This document shows positions 28,642 through 37,978 of a stretch of 64,000 bases of DNA, in pieces. Within the stretch, counting starts at the first letter, position 1. Every line of letters starts with the position of its first letter. Origin of the DNA: a virus. Taxonomy: Duplodnaviria; Caudoviricetes. Made by a program: the position numbers and the translations under genes. The notes under the pieces are model-generated. The model was given only the letters and a program-made list of their open reading frames with translations. It had not been told where the DNA came from and made no database searches. The DNA is taken from positions 2,176-66,175 of the IMG/VR virus record IMGVR_UViG_2930305612_000002, one strand, 5' to 3'.

Positions 28642-28938
28642 CTACTCCTTCAGCCCGGGGTGCTTCTCGGCAGGGCGCGTTCTCCCTGGCCGAGGGTTCG
28701 CACGCTGGGCGGCGTTCCCTTCAGCGCTAGACTTTTGATCGTGGCAGGGGCCGCATACGCCTTGAAGGCCGACCTCGGAATGATCGTCCTTCTTCGCTTC
28801 GATGTGGTCGCAGAAGGCGGATGGTCTGACGTCGCAGATCTTGCAGATCGGGTCGCGCGCCAGGATGCGGGCCCGGATCTTCGACCAGCCGGAAGGTAGC
28901 CGATTCTTGCGGTCCGAGCCCTGCCAGCCGCCGCTCAC
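28642..28938 (-). CDS. HNH endonuclease (terminase-associated type)
   Basis: CKIC...CDHI...LQGVCGPCHDQKS. Confidence 0.9.
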   Translation of the reverse strand: MSGGWQGSDRKNRLPSGWSKIRARILARDPICKICDVRPSAFCDHIEAKKDDHSEVGLQGVCGPCHDQKSSAEGNAAQRANPRPGRTRPAEKHPGLKE

Positions 28939-29276
28939 TGGACGGCGGCTCGTGCGTCGGCTTGAGCCTTGGCGACTGCGTCCATGACCTGCTCGTGGAA
29001 GCCTGTGAGGTCGGGCTCGACTCGGATCCGGACGACGTTGCCGTCTGCGGCTTCGGTCAGGGTGACCTCGTTGGCAGGGATGTCGATGGTCTCTTCGAAG
29101 ACGAGGACGGCCCGGGCGCCGATCTTCTGGGCGACACCTTCGAACTGGTCGACAGGCTCGGGCTGGTCGGGGCCGATTATGTAGCGCTGCGTCACGTACT
29201 CGTCGACGACGAGGACGAAGGACGGCCGTTCGTCTCCGGCGCCTTCGGGAAGTTCGAGGATCTGAATGCGGGCCAT
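28935..29276 (-). CDS. Hypothetical protein
   Basis: MARIQILELP; conserved leader. Confidence 0.7.
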   Translation of the reverse strand: MARIQILELPEGAGDERPSFVLVVDEYVTQRYIIGPDQPEPVDQFEGVAQKIGARAVLVFEETIDIPANEVTLTEAADGNVVRIRVEPDLTGFHEQVMDAVAKAQADARAAVQ

Positions 29277-29292
29277 GGCGCGGGCTCCTGGG

Positions 29293-29574
29293 TTAGCGGG
29301 GCAGTGTGCGAGCGAGACGCTGGCCGTGGGACTGGAGCGCCCGACCGATGGCTTCGCGCAGCTTGCTGTCGTCGAGGTAGAGGTCGACGGTCGTTTCGCT
29401 GGCGAGGGGCGGGTTCTTGCGAACGCTAAGGACGTTGTCGGCGGGGACGAGGAGGACGATGCCCTCCTTGTCGCAGACGGCGCGGAACATGCGCTCCGCC
29501 TCGTCGTAGTCGACCCGGTCGGCGCCGATCCGCTCGCTAATGCCGTTCAGGAACTGGAAGAGATATGAGGCCAT
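29293..29574 (-). CDS. Hypothetical protein
   Basis: Same 20-bp leader as neighbouring gene. Confidence 0.6.
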   Translation of the reverse strand: MASYLFQFLNGISERIGADRVDYDEAERMFRAVCDKEGIVLLVPADNVLSVRKNPPLASETTVDLYLDDSKLREAIGRALQSHGQRLARTLPR

Positions 29575-29599
29575 GGCGCGGGCTCCTGTGGTGGTGGGG

Positions 29600-29836
29600 T
29601 CAGTCGTCGTCTTCGACGTTGACGTAGCCGCTGTTCTCGACGGCTTGCGCGGCTGTGACCATGCCGAGCGCGGTGATCCAGTCGAGGGATTCTGAACGGC
29701 CTTTGACGAGGGAGACGGTGCCGTCTTCCTTCACGAGCTTGAGAATCACGATGGCGTCGACGGCCATGTCGCCTTCGTCGAGGTCGGCTACCACGCCGAT
29801 TGCGTCGAGCATCTGCCCGATCTTCTGTTCAGGCAC
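29600..29836 (-). CDS. Hypothetical protein
   Basis: GTG start overlapping methyltransferase end. Confidence 0.6.
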   Translation of the reverse strand: MPEQKIGQMLDAIGVVADLDEGDMAVDAIVILKLVKEDGTVSLVKGRSESLDWITALGMVTAAQAVENSGYVNVEDDD

Positions 29837-30356
29837 GGCGCGACCACCACCAGCATCCGAGCGTGTGGCCCCGCATCTTGTCGACTGTGCCGCCGAGATC
29901 GGCGAACACGCCGTCCATGTCGGCGGCGTCCCAGTGGTGGACGTGCGCTTCGGCGGCGTTCCCGTCCACTTCACCTTGCGGGGCGTCGACGATCGGAACG
30001 GAGACGAGGATGTGCCAGGCGCCGGCTGCCTCGATGCGCTTCAGGAGGTCGACGGCCTCGTCGCGCTCCATGTGCTCCAGCACGTCCCCGCAGATGACGA
30101 GGTCGCGGTGGAACAGGTGACCAGGTGCACGGCGGGCGTCGAGGTTGTGGACCTCGTCGTACTTCGCCTTGAGCTTGTACCGCCCGATGTACGGCTTGTG
30201 GATCTCCACGGCTGTCCACCACACGCCCTCATTGGCCGGGCGGAAAAGCTTGACGTAGGTGCCGTTGCCAGGCCCGACGTCCGTGACCGTGTTCGGCTTG
30301 TAGCGCTCGAACCGTTCGAGGGACCAGTCCTTGCCCTCGTCGATGCTGGTGGGCAT
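29829..30356 (-). CDS. Class I SAM-dependent methyltransferase (non-DNA type)
   Basis: VTDVGPGNGTY, AVEIH, DLVICGDVLEHM. Confidence 0.85.
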   Translation of the reverse strand: MPTSIDEGKDWSLERFERYKPNTVTDVGPGNGTYVKLFRPANEGVWWTAVEIHKPYIGRYKLKAKYDEVHNLDARRAPGHLFHRDLVICGDVLEHMERDEAVDLLKRIEAAGAWHILVSVPIVDAPQGEVDGNAAEAHVHHWDAADMDGVFADLGGTVDKMRGHTLGCWWWSRRA

Positions 30357-30367
30357 GGATAGTCCTC

Positions 30368-31174
30368 TCACGCGGTGGTGTTGTCGACGATGAGTCCGAG
30401 GTTGGCAAGGGCGGTCGCAAGTGAGGCGCCTGCGCTGCCGTCAGCCCATGAGCCGGTCACGGTCTGCTTGGTGATGGGGGCTGCGCCGTGGAAGCCGAGC
30501 TTGTCGTTGGTTCCGTCCAGCGTGTGCTTGAACGCGACGTTTACCAGGCTTGTGTTGACGGCGGTCAGGAAGGCGGTGCCGCCTTCGATGGCGGCGATGC
30601 GGGCGAAGATGTCGCCGAGGTAGCCGTCCAGCGTGGCGACAGTCCCGTTGGTCGTCGTCAGGGCCGTGATGGTCGCGAACTGGTTCGTAGCCCAGGCCCG
30701 GTCGCCGTGAGGGTCGAGAGTAACCACGTGGGCGGCGACCGCCGCGTCGGTGTACGCCTCGGCTTCCGCCTCGGATCCGTCCGCACCGGGCGGGCCCTGC
30801 GGCCCTGTGACGACGACGTACACCCCGGCCGCGGGTGCGGTCGGCGCAACGTCGGCAAGGTCCACGGTCGACGCCGTGGCAGGCAGGGACAGCGGATACG
30901 AGCGGCCCGGGGCGTCGTACCAGCGCTCGGTAACCTGGTACGTCCAGCCGGACGGCGTCACATCCGCATCGTCAGTCGCCAGCAGAGTCACCGACATGGC
31001 GCCGTCCACATCGAGCGGCACTTCGAGCGTGCCGAGGATGAGCGTGCCGTGCGCGGCAGAGGTGAGGATCGCCGGCTCTGGGGTGAAGAGCAGCTTGCCC
31101 TTGAACGGGGTCCCGTCCGGGTGCTTGTACGTACCGGTGACGGTGACGGTGGAGAGGCCTACGGGCAGCGGCAC
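30368..31174 (-). CDS. Virion fibre/decoration-like protein
   Basis: Beta-rich N-terminus, GPQGPPG, AHVVTLDPHGDR, LANLGLI. Confidence 0.6.
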   Translation of the reverse strand: MPLPVGLSTVTVTGTYKHPDGTPFKGKLLFTPEPAILTSAAHGTLILGTLEVPLDVDGAMSVTLLATDDADVTPSGWTYQVTERWYDAPGRSYPLSLPATASTVDLADVAPTAPAAGVYVVVTGPQGPPGADGSEAEAEAYTDAAVAAHVVTLDPHGDRAWATNQFATITALTTTNGTVATLDGYLGDIFARIAAIEGGTAFLTAVNTSLVNVAFKHTLDGTNDKLGFHGAAPITKQTVTGSWADGSAGASLATALANLGLIVDNTTA

Positions 31175-31197
31175 GGCACCTCCAACGGCGTGTCGGG

Positions 31198-31428
31198 TCA
31201 GGCGGCGCGGGCTCCAGCGGGGAGCGGCGGCGGCTGACCGGGGCTGATCAGCTCGCGCGTCCATTCGTCCCGCTCAGCCTTGTTGAGCTCGAAGACGTTG
31301 TAGCGGACGTTGCCGCGGCCTGAGCCGTATCGGCGGATGCGGCCTTCGTGGGCCCAGCGGCGGATGGTCACGCCGGGCCGGCCTGCGTAGTAGGCGGCGG
31401 CTTCTTCGTTGACGAGTGCGGAGGCCAT
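31198..31428 (-). CDS. MerR/excisionase-like HTH protein
   Basis: EAAAYYAGRPGVTIRRWAHEGRI. Confidence 0.75.
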   Translation of the reverse strand: MASALVNEEAAAYYAGRPGVTIRRWAHEGRIRRYGSGRGNVRYNVFELNKAERDEWTRELISPGQPPPLPAGARAA

Positions 31429-31504
31429 CGCGCACCTCCTTGGGCAGCAGAAAGGGCCGCCAGTATCAGGCGGCCCTCAAAGTCACAAGTGTCCAGTGAG
31501 GCAG

Positions 31505-31533
31505 ACGATACGTTCGGTCTTCAACCTCGTCAA
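31505..31533 (-). promoter_or_regulatory. Sigma70-type promoter at head of late operon
   Basis: Minus strand TTGACG-N17-TATCGT. Confidence 0.55.
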
Positions 31534-31634
31534 GTAAGTCGCTGGTCAGACAACTTGCACGCGCCCCTTCTTCCTTCGGGCGCACCTCCCCCGTTCACCC
31601 TCACTGCGACCCTCATGCCGGGCAGACTGCCCGC

Positions 31635-31817
31635 ATGGGGGTTTCGTACATGGTCCGCGCCGGATCCCGCGAGCAATGCGCGCTCGCGTTGGATGAGTTG
31701 TGCCGGCTGCTGGGCGCGGAGCCGACGTTGCGGCCGACGGACACGATCGGCCCGGGGTGGGTGGCGCGGGCACGAGTCGCGGCCCCCGCCGTAAAGGACG
31801 AGGGCCGCGAGGCGTAG
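31635..31817 (+). CDS. Hypothetical protein
   Basis: 60-aa ORF convergent on transfer operon. Confidence 0.5.
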   Translation: MGVSYMVRAGSREQCALALDELCRLLGAEPTLRPTDTIGPGWVARARVAAPAVKDEGREA

Positions 31818-31820
31818 CCG

Positions 31821-32255
31821 TCAGAGGTTGGTCGTGCTCTTGCCCCACAGCTTGTTCGTGTTCGTGACGATCTGAGTGCTGTTCTGGACGGGCCCGTTGT
31901 TGTGGTTGTGGATCTCGGGCGGGGCGGCTTGCACGGCGGCTTTGAAGAGCCTGCTGAGGGCGAGGACGAGGACGGCCGGGGCGCTGAAGACGGCGATGCA
32001 CACGCCCAGGTCGGCGTACTGCGACACGTACATGAGCCCGGCGGTGGTCCCGCCGACCATGACGGTGCTGACTCCTCCGGCGATCATCAGGACACTTACA
32101 TCGGTCGCCTGCTGCGACATCGCGGCCCGGCCAGGCTGCTGCACGGGCGGGGCGGTGCCGATGGGCGGCGGCTTCGTCGCGTCCTTGAAGAAGGTCGGGC
32201 CGTGGTAGATCGCTTCTACGTCGGCGATGAGCTGGGGATCGGGCTGGGCGGTCAC
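31821..32255 (-). CDS. Two-TM Spd-like membrane protein
   Basis: Pro-rich N-terminus, two hydrophobic helices, EIHNHNNGPVQ tail. Confidence 0.6.
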   Translation of the reverse strand: MTAQPDPQLIADVEAIYHGPTFFKDATKPPPIGTAPPVQQPGRAAMSQQATDVSVLMIAGGVSTVMVGGTTAGLMYVSQYADLGVCIAVFSAPAVLVLALSRLFKAAVQAAPPEIHNHNNGPVQNSTQIVTNTNKLWGKSTTNL

Positions 32256-32263
32256 GGGGGCTC

Positions 32264-34279
32264 CTAGGCGGCTTGGTCGAGGCCGGCGGTCTCTGCGGGG
32301 CTTTCGGCGTGGTCGGGGTGGGCCCAGATGCCGCGCTCTACGTCGACGACGAGGCCCTTGCTCTTGAGGCGGGTGAGGGCGCTTTTGACGGCGCCGACGG
32401 TGAGGCGTGTCTCCTGGGCGATCGTGTTGCGACCCACAGGTCGGCCTCGCTGGGCGAGGAACGCGGCGACCTTGTCGTCGGTGCCGGCGGGGGCTTCGGC
32501 TTCGATGGCTGCGGCGGCCTGGGCGATGGGGTCGGTGGACGGGGCGAGGCGGGCCGGGTCGGTGCTACCGGCTTCGAAGGCGTCGTCGGGCAGGACCGGC
32601 GTCTCTCCGCGCAGGCGGGCGGCAAGCCGGTCGAGGCGCTCGGTGTACGCCTTCCCGGTGCAGGCCGCGGCGGAGGCTTCGATGGTGGGCGTGGTGCCGG
32701 TCGTGGCCCAGTGGGCGGGGTCCCGGTCGAAGAAGGCGCGCATCATCGCCTGCCGGTTGTCGGGGCCCTTGATGTAGCCGAGACCGGCGGTTGACGTCTT
32801 GTTCGGCCAGTACATGGGCAGCTGGGAGGGGTTGATGTCCCAGCCGGGCAGGCCGATGGAGTCGGTGAGGCTGGAGGCGGTTCGGAACATGATCGTGTTG
32901 CCGGACTGGGCCTGCTCGCGGATATCGGTGGACTCGGGGGCGCTGCCGTACATGTTGGCCTTGGGGCCTTGGAAGACGAGGCGCATCTTGATGCCGCACT
33001 TGCGGGCCATCTGGATGAGCTCAAGGACCAGCTCTGGCGCTCCCGTGAGGTTGAGGACGCGGTGGGCTTCGTCGATGGTGACGGAGATCAGCGGGTCGGG
33101 GTCGTTCACGACGAAGTGGTCACGCCCGCGCAGCTGGCGGCCCTTGTGGTCGATGAATTCCATCATCGAGTAGCGGGCCGACCGCTCGTACATGATTTTG
33201 CGGACCTCGTGCAGCATGGCGAGGCCGCCCTGGGCGGTGTCCTCGTACCAGTCGACGGCCTCGCGCCAGCGGGGCAGGGACTGGCCGCCCTGCGGGTCGC
33301 AGACCCAGGACACGATGCCGTTGTGGCGCTCGGTGCCGAGGAGCATGTCGAGGAAGCGGCTCTTGCCGCCGTCGGTGGCGCCGTAGACGACGCTGTGGAC
33401 GGGGCCGGAGGGCTTCCAGAAGGCGTAGTGGGCCGGATCCCCGTCGTAGAAGATCCCCACCTGGGCTTGGCCTGTCTTCGTGTTCAAGATCTGCGGGCCG
33501 GGAAAGTCGAGGATGTCCTGGAGGGGGTTGCGGTCGAACACCGCGATGATCGCCCGGCGGGCGGACTTCCCCGCCGCCTTCTCGATCTGCAGCATCTCCT
33601 CGGGGATGTCGAGGTCGCCGGCGATGTCGTTGGCTGCGGACACGGCGCGGCGCCAGTTGCCCTTGCGGAGGACGATGACGGCGGTCCAGCCGTAATCGGT
33701 GGTGACGACGTCGACGAGGCGCGAGCCCGCCAGGGAACCGTCGGCGCTGGCGACGTTGTCCTGCCACTCCTGCAGCTGTTTGCTGAGCGACGGGGCGGGA
33801 CCGGCGGTCTTCTTGCCGCGGCGCCACCAGTAGATGCCGTGCCCTATGCCCCAGGCGGCGAGGAGTGCCGGGTAGGGGCTGTCGCCGGGCTGGAGACCGC
33901 CGGTTGCGGCCATGGCGGTGACGAGGCTGCCGCCGGTGGTGACGGCGGATGCGGCGGCGATGAAGTCGGCGCGGGCTGGGAGGCGCTTGCGGAGGCGGCG
34001 TTTGCCGACGCGTCCTTCCCAGCGGCCCCAGGCGACGGTGGTGGCGGCTCCAGCCGCGGTGACGGCGAGCGCGGTCTTCCATCCGTCGTCAGGGACTGCG
34101 AGAACACTGCCCGCTACGGCCTGGGCGGCGGTGGCGTAGATCGGGGCCATGCCGCGGCGGGTGCGGTAGGCGACACGCATCGCGCGGCGGGCCCCTTTGG
34201 TGGAGCGCTTCTTGCTGGGACGGCCGCCCTTGCTGTCGCTCGTCGTATTGACCTTGTCGACGGTGATGGTCTCGGGCAT
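32264..34279 (-). CDS. traB: TraB-like FtsK/SpoIIIE DNA translocase
   Basis: N-terminal TM helices, Walker A GATDGGKS, Walker B VTIDEAH, ARKCGI...Q, C-terminal winged helix. Confidence 0.8.
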   Translation of the reverse strand: MPETITVDKVNTTSDSKGGRPSKKRSTKGARRAMRVAYRTRRGMAPIYATAAQAVAGSVLAVPDDGWKTALAVTAAGAATTVAWGRWEGRVGKRRLRKRLPARADFIAAASAVTTGGSLVTAMAATGGLQPGDSPYPALLAAWGIGHGIYWWRRGKKTAGPAPSLSKQLQEWQDNVASADGSLAGSRLVDVVTTDYGWTAVIVLRKGNWRRAVSAANDIAGDLDIPEEMLQIEKAAGKSARRAIIAVFDRNPLQDILDFPGPQILNTKTGQAQVGIFYDGDPAHYAFWKPSGPVHSVVYGATDGGKSRFLDMLLGTERHNGIVSWVCDPQGGQSLPRWREAVDWYEDTAQGGLAMLHEVRKIMYERSARYSMMEFIDHKGRQLRGRDHFVVNDPDPLISVTIDEAHRVLNLTGAPELVLELIQMARKCGIKMRLVFQGPKANMYGSAPESTDIREQAQSGNTIMFRTASSLTDSIGLPGWDINPSQLPMYWPNKTSTAGLGYIKGPDNRQAMMRAFFDRDPAHWATTGTTPTIEASAAACTGKAYTERLDRLAARLRGETPVLPDDAFEAGSTDPARLAPSTDPIAQAAAAIEAEAPAGTDDKVAAFLAQRGRPVGRNTIAQETRLTVGAVKSALTRLKSKGLVVDVERGIWAHPDHAESPAETAGLDQAA

Positions 34280-34355
34280 GGCGGTCGCGTCTCCTTGGAT
34301 GCTGAGCGGGTAAGGCGAGGGCGGCCCCGACAGGTCGGCCGGGGCCGCGGGCGGG

Positions 34356-35210
34356 TCAGGCGTCGGCGGTGTACGCCTTCTTGGCGGCCATGCGCCCGCC
34401 GGTGGCGGCGACGGCTTCCTGGATGCCGCTGTGCCGGGTGTGGATGTTCCGCGAAGACTGGGCGGCGATGGCCGCGTTGTCGACTGCGGCCTTCTGTAGC
34501 GCCTGGGCGGCGGCGAGGGCGGAGGAGTACTGGTCTCGGAGGGCGGCGAGTTCCTGGAGGGTGCCGCCGTCGTCACCGAATTCGAGGGCACCAGCCTGCT
34601 CAATGGCGGCTTCGATGGCGGCGAGCTGCTCGGCGGCGCGCTGGGCGAGAGCGCCGGCTTCTTCGGCGGTGACGCCGGCTTCGGAGGCGAAGCGGGCGAC
34701 GGCCGACCTGAGGGTGTTGACGCCGGTGATCTCGGGGATGGTGGCGAGGGCCATGGGGTCTCCTGTGGTGGTGTCGGGCTGGGTGGGGTCGGGCGCCTCG
34801 TCGTTCTTGACGAGGACGAGGGACGGGCCCTTGGGGGCGGGACCTGCGACGGGGAGCGTCGGCTTTGGCTTCGGTGGGGTCGTGACAGCCGCGGGTGCGC
34901 CGTCGGGACCGACGTCGTCGCCGACCCCGAGCTCCGGCTCGGGCTTGCTGCGGCCGAACTTGGTGGCGGCGCGCTTCTTGGCCTTGGGCCACTCGCGCTT
35001 CCATCCGCGCTTGAAGCCCTTGGCGAAGCTGCCTGCGGCCGTGACTCCGGTGGCGGCCCAGGCGGCGAGCTTGGCGCCGGTGCGGCGGCCGTTCTTCTTC
35101 GTGGTCTTGGCGATGCGCTTCTTGCGCTTCTTCGACACGTCGTCCATGCCGTTTTCGATGGCACGGGCGCAGGCGTAGGCGATGGCGAAGAGGAGGATGA
35201 GTGCGAGCAA
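34356..35210 (-). CDS. TraA-like transfer accessory protein
   Basis: Immediately upstream of traB-like gene; Ala-rich helical C-terminus RHSGIQEAVAA. Confidence 0.5.
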   Translation of the reverse strand: MLALILLFAIAYACARAIENGMDDVSKKRKKRIAKTTKKNGRRTGAKLAAWAATGVTAAGSFAKGFKRGWKREWPKAKKRAATKFGRSKPEPELGVGDDVGPDGAPAAVTTPPKPKPTLPVAGPAPKGPSLVLVKNDEAPDPTQPDTTTGDPMALATIPEITGVNTLRSAVARFASEAGVTAEEAGALAQRAAEQLAAIEAAIEQAGALEFGDDGGTLQELAALRDQYSSALAAAQALQKAAVDNAAIAAQSSRNIHTRHSGIQEAVAATGGRMAAKKAYTADA

Positions 35211-35211
35211 G

Positions 35212-35679
35212 TCATCCCCCCATCAGCCAGGCGACGAGCGAGCCGACCTGGGTGGCGATGAAGCCGAGCGTGCTGGCCGCTCCTTCACCGACCGTGCCGG
35301 GGATCATCACGCACAGAACCGGGGTGAGGGCGGCGAGGATGAGCGTCCGGGTCTGGACGCCGCTCATGAAGTCGCTGATCAGCCACAGCAGGGCGGTGAG
35401 AGCCAGGGCGAAGGTGATCCCGAAGCCCGTCCACTCGCCGACGAGGGAGCTGACCATCCCGTTCACACGGGTCACCAGGCTGTTGAGCACGAGACCGACC
35501 GGGGTGGACGCCAGGCCGACGGAGGCGGCGAGGATGAGCGCTACCTGAATCTGCGGGCTCTTGATCTTCGCGGCGAACTTATTGATCCATGGGAGGCGGT
35601 CGGCGACGTACAGCACGCCGGCTGCTCCCAGGCAGGTTCCGCCGGTGGCGGCGGAGATCCCTGCGTCGATGACGGGCAT
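35212..35679 (-). CDS. Multi-pass membrane protein of transfer operon
   Basis: About four hydrophobic segments. Confidence 0.7.
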   Translation of the reverse strand: MPVIDAGISAATGGTCLGAAGVLYVADRLPWINKFAAKIKSPQIQVALILAASVGLASTPVGLVLNSLVTRVNGMVSSLVGEWTGFGITFALALTALLWLISDFMSGVQTRTLILAALTPVLCVMIPGTVGEGAASTLGFIATQVGSLVAWLMGG

Positions 35680-35809
35680 TTCGGTGTCCCCCTTGCGGTG
35701 ACGGTGAGTTAGTGGTTTCCTCGCGTGCGCGCGGGCGCGCTGGGGCGCGTTGGAATCTTTCGGCTCGGCCCGGACGGCTTGAGCCGAGCCGTTGAGCCAT
35801 TACGGACAG

Positions 35810-36043
35810 TCAGTGCTGAGCGATGGACTGGCGGAGCTGGTCGAGCAGTTGAGTGGCCTGCGCTGCGGCCTGGGCACGGTCCGCTTCGGGGAGCCGGGCG
35901 ATCGTGGCGCGCAGCTGGTCCACAGCCACGGGCAGAACGGTGAGGGGGCCTTGGGCTTCCGCGGCCCGGCGCCGGTCGCCCAAGTGCTGGGCGGAGCGGG
36001 CCTGACGTTCGGCCTGCCTCGGGCGCCGGGTGCGGGTGGCCAT
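35810..36043 (-). CDS. Hypothetical protein
   Basis: AGGAGG RBS; MATRTRR. Confidence 0.6.
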   Translation of the reverse strand: MATRTRRPRQAERQARSAQHLGDRRRAAEAQGPLTVLPVAVDQLRATIARLPEADRAQAAAQATQLLDQLRQSIAQH

Positions 36044-36235
36044 CGGGTCCTCCTGTCGGTTCGGGGTTCGTCTGCTGTGGCAATCCGGGTCTGCTCGCCG
36101 GGTCTGCGAAAGTGCCGCTCGCCGGGTCACTCACCGGGGTTGACCTGTGGTTTTGCTGGTTCGACTGCTTCCGGCAGTCTCAGCAAGGACCAGAACCGTG
36201 GGGTGCTGGGCCTCACTGGGCGGGCCGGACGCGGG

Positions 36236-37297
36236 TTAGCTGACCTGCACTTCGCGGGTTTCGATCTCGCCCCAGATGCGGCGGACACGCTCTTCGCGGG
36301 CCGTGAAGCCAGCCGCACGGAATTCCTTCTGCGCCTGCCGGTAGGAGCGGGGCGGCTCCATGCTGTAGCGCAGCCACCGCAGAACGACGGCGAGCTGTTC
36401 GTCGGAGAGCGTCACCCCCGGGAGGGGTAGTTCGACACCGGCTACATCGGCGAGTTCGTTGAGCGCCACGGCGCCCTCTATCGGCGCCTGTCCGTCACCC
36501 TCGATCGTGTCCGTTTCGACACGAGTCACGGGCGGGATGGTCACGGGCTCGATTTCCGGCCTGGCCTGTGTGACCACGGTGTGACCACCGGCTGTGACCG
36601 CAGGCCGTGACCCGACGACCGCCAGGTCGCGCCCCATGAAGGCTCGGGCGGCCTCTCCGTGCTTCTTGTCGGCGTCCGCGAGCACCTTCTCGGCCTGCGC
36701 GCGGGCCTTGTCGATCTCTGCCTGCGCCGCGGTGAGAACCTTGGCGCGGGCGATCTGCCGCTGCATCTCGGCGAGGTGCTCGGCGGTCTCGGTGACCACG
36801 TCGGTCGTCGCCCCGGACCTCAAGTGCCGGGCGTCAGCTGCGGCCAGGGCTCGGGCGTTCCGGTCGGCTGCGGACTGCTCGGCGATCCGGGCGGCGGTCG
36901 CCGGGTCGGCGAGCACGTTGCCGACGAACAGCCGCAGGCCCATGAACAGTGCGGCGGCGATGGGAACGCCGGCAAACACCTGGGCGTGGCCGAGGATCAG
37001 CAGGGTGGCAGTGGAGACGCCGACCGCTACGGCTGACAGGCCGAGCATCACGCCGATGCCCACCTTCGACCGCTGCCGGATCGCCACCTCAGACATGCGC
37101 AGGGCGCCGATCCACAAGGCGTCGTACACGAGGGCGATGGACCAGCCGGCGACCGAGGCGGCCGGGCCGTGCAGGCCGAGCATCTGCCCCAGCTGCCCGC
37201 CGACGGTGACGGCGACCAGGACCAGGGCGGCCAGGGTGAGCAGCGTCTCGACGACGGCGAACACATTCAGGCGGCGGATGTGACGAACGATGTGCAT
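36236..37297 (-). CDS. SpdB-like spread protein
   Basis: Four N-terminal TM helices, coiled coil, low-complexity linker, C-terminal HTH-like domain. Confidence 0.65.
   Translation of the reverse strand: MHIVRHIRRLNVFAVVETLLTLAALVLVAVTVGGQLGQMLGLHGPAASVAGWSIALVYDALWIGALRMSEVAIRQRSKVGIGVMLGLSAVAVGVSTATLLILGHAQVFAGVPIAAALFMGLRLFVGNVLADPATAARIAEQSAADRNARALAAADARHLRSGATTDVVTETAEHLAEMQRQIARAKVLTAAQAEIDKARAQAEKVLADADKKHGEAARAFMGRDLAVVGSRPAVTAGGHTVVTQARPEIEPVTIPPVTRVETDTIEGDGQAPIEGAVALNELADVAGVELPLPGVTLSDEQLAVVLRWLRYSMEPPRSYRQAQKEFRAAGFTAREERVRRIWGEIETREVQVS
36494..36612. repeat. Cluster of GTGAC(C)/GTCAC repeats (clt-like candidate)
   Basis: GTGACC at 36570, 36581, 36594, 36607; inverted GTCACGGGC at 36525, 36540; GTCAC at 36494. 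Confidence 0.45.
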
Positions 37298-37308
37298 GGC
37301 CCCTCCTC

Positions 37309-37458
37309 TCAGGAGTGCTTCTGCTGGCAGGCGTGGGGGCACGGTGCGCAGCACGGGCGGGCGGCGGGCTCGGAGCGGGCCATCAGCGACTTTCGGGCGG
37401 CCGTCACGAGTGCGAGGCCGATTCCGGCGACGACGATCGCCAGCAGCAGGGCGGCCAT
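37309..37458 (-). CDS. Small membrane protein with Cys-rich tail
   Basis: MAALLLAIVVAGIGLALV...PCCAPCPHAC; absent from ORF track. Confidence 0.55.
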   Translation of the reverse strand: MAALLLAIVVAGIGLALVTAARKSLMARSEPAARPCCAPCPHACQQKHS

Positions 37459-37670
37459 CAGGCGACGTCACCGAGGCGGGCGCCGTACAGCTCGTCGGCA
37501 AGCGGGTAGGGGCCCGGGTTGTGCTCGTCGTAGCGGATGGCCTCGGCGAAGATCGCCAGCTGTACGAACGGGTCCACGGCCGACGCGTACCGGGTGACCA
37601 GGTCGGCCCGGTACGCGGCGTCAGTCGACGGCTGGGCGGACGGGGCGGAAACGATCAGGCGAAGAGACAT
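37458..37670 (-). CDS. Hypothetical protein
   Basis: GAAAGG RBS; stop overlaps next start. Confidence 0.6.
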   Translation of the reverse strand: MSLRLIVSAPSAQPSTDAAYRADLVTRYASAVDPFVQLAIFAEAIRYDEHNPGPYPLADELYGARLGDVA

Positions 37671-37709
37671 GGTGTGGCCTTTCGGGTGGTCAATCCGGGT
37701 GGGGGTGGG

Positions 37710-37937
37710 TCAGAGCTGGTTGCGCTCAAGGGAGAAGAAGGTGGTGTGGCCGCCGGCGATGAGGGGCTGCCGGGCTTCGTGCTGGGCGGTGAGCCACACG
37801 TAGACGTCGTAGCGCGTGGCGGCGGCCGGGGGCGTCAGGTGGCCCGACCAGGTGAAGACGGCAGTGGTCCCGTCGGGCTGGGCCTTCTCCGTGGTGAGGA
37901 CGAAGTGGTGGGTGCCCTGAGGCTCAATCTCGGTCAT
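37710..37937 (-). CDS. Hypothetical protein
   Basis: MTEIEPQG...FFSLERNQL. Confidence 0.6.
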   Translation of the reverse strand: MTEIEPQGTHHFVLTTEKAQPDGTTAVFTWSGHLTPPAAATRYDVYVWLTAQHEARQPLIAGGHTTFFSLERNQL

Positions 37938-37978
37938 GGCAGCGCCCTTCGGGTGGTCAGGCTCGGATCGGGTGGGGG

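Noticed and set aside
34280-35215. N-terminal extension making the TraB-like ORF 983 aa
   Set aside because: Pro/Ser-rich off-frame read of gene 34356..35210; AAGGAG RBS supports ATG 34279
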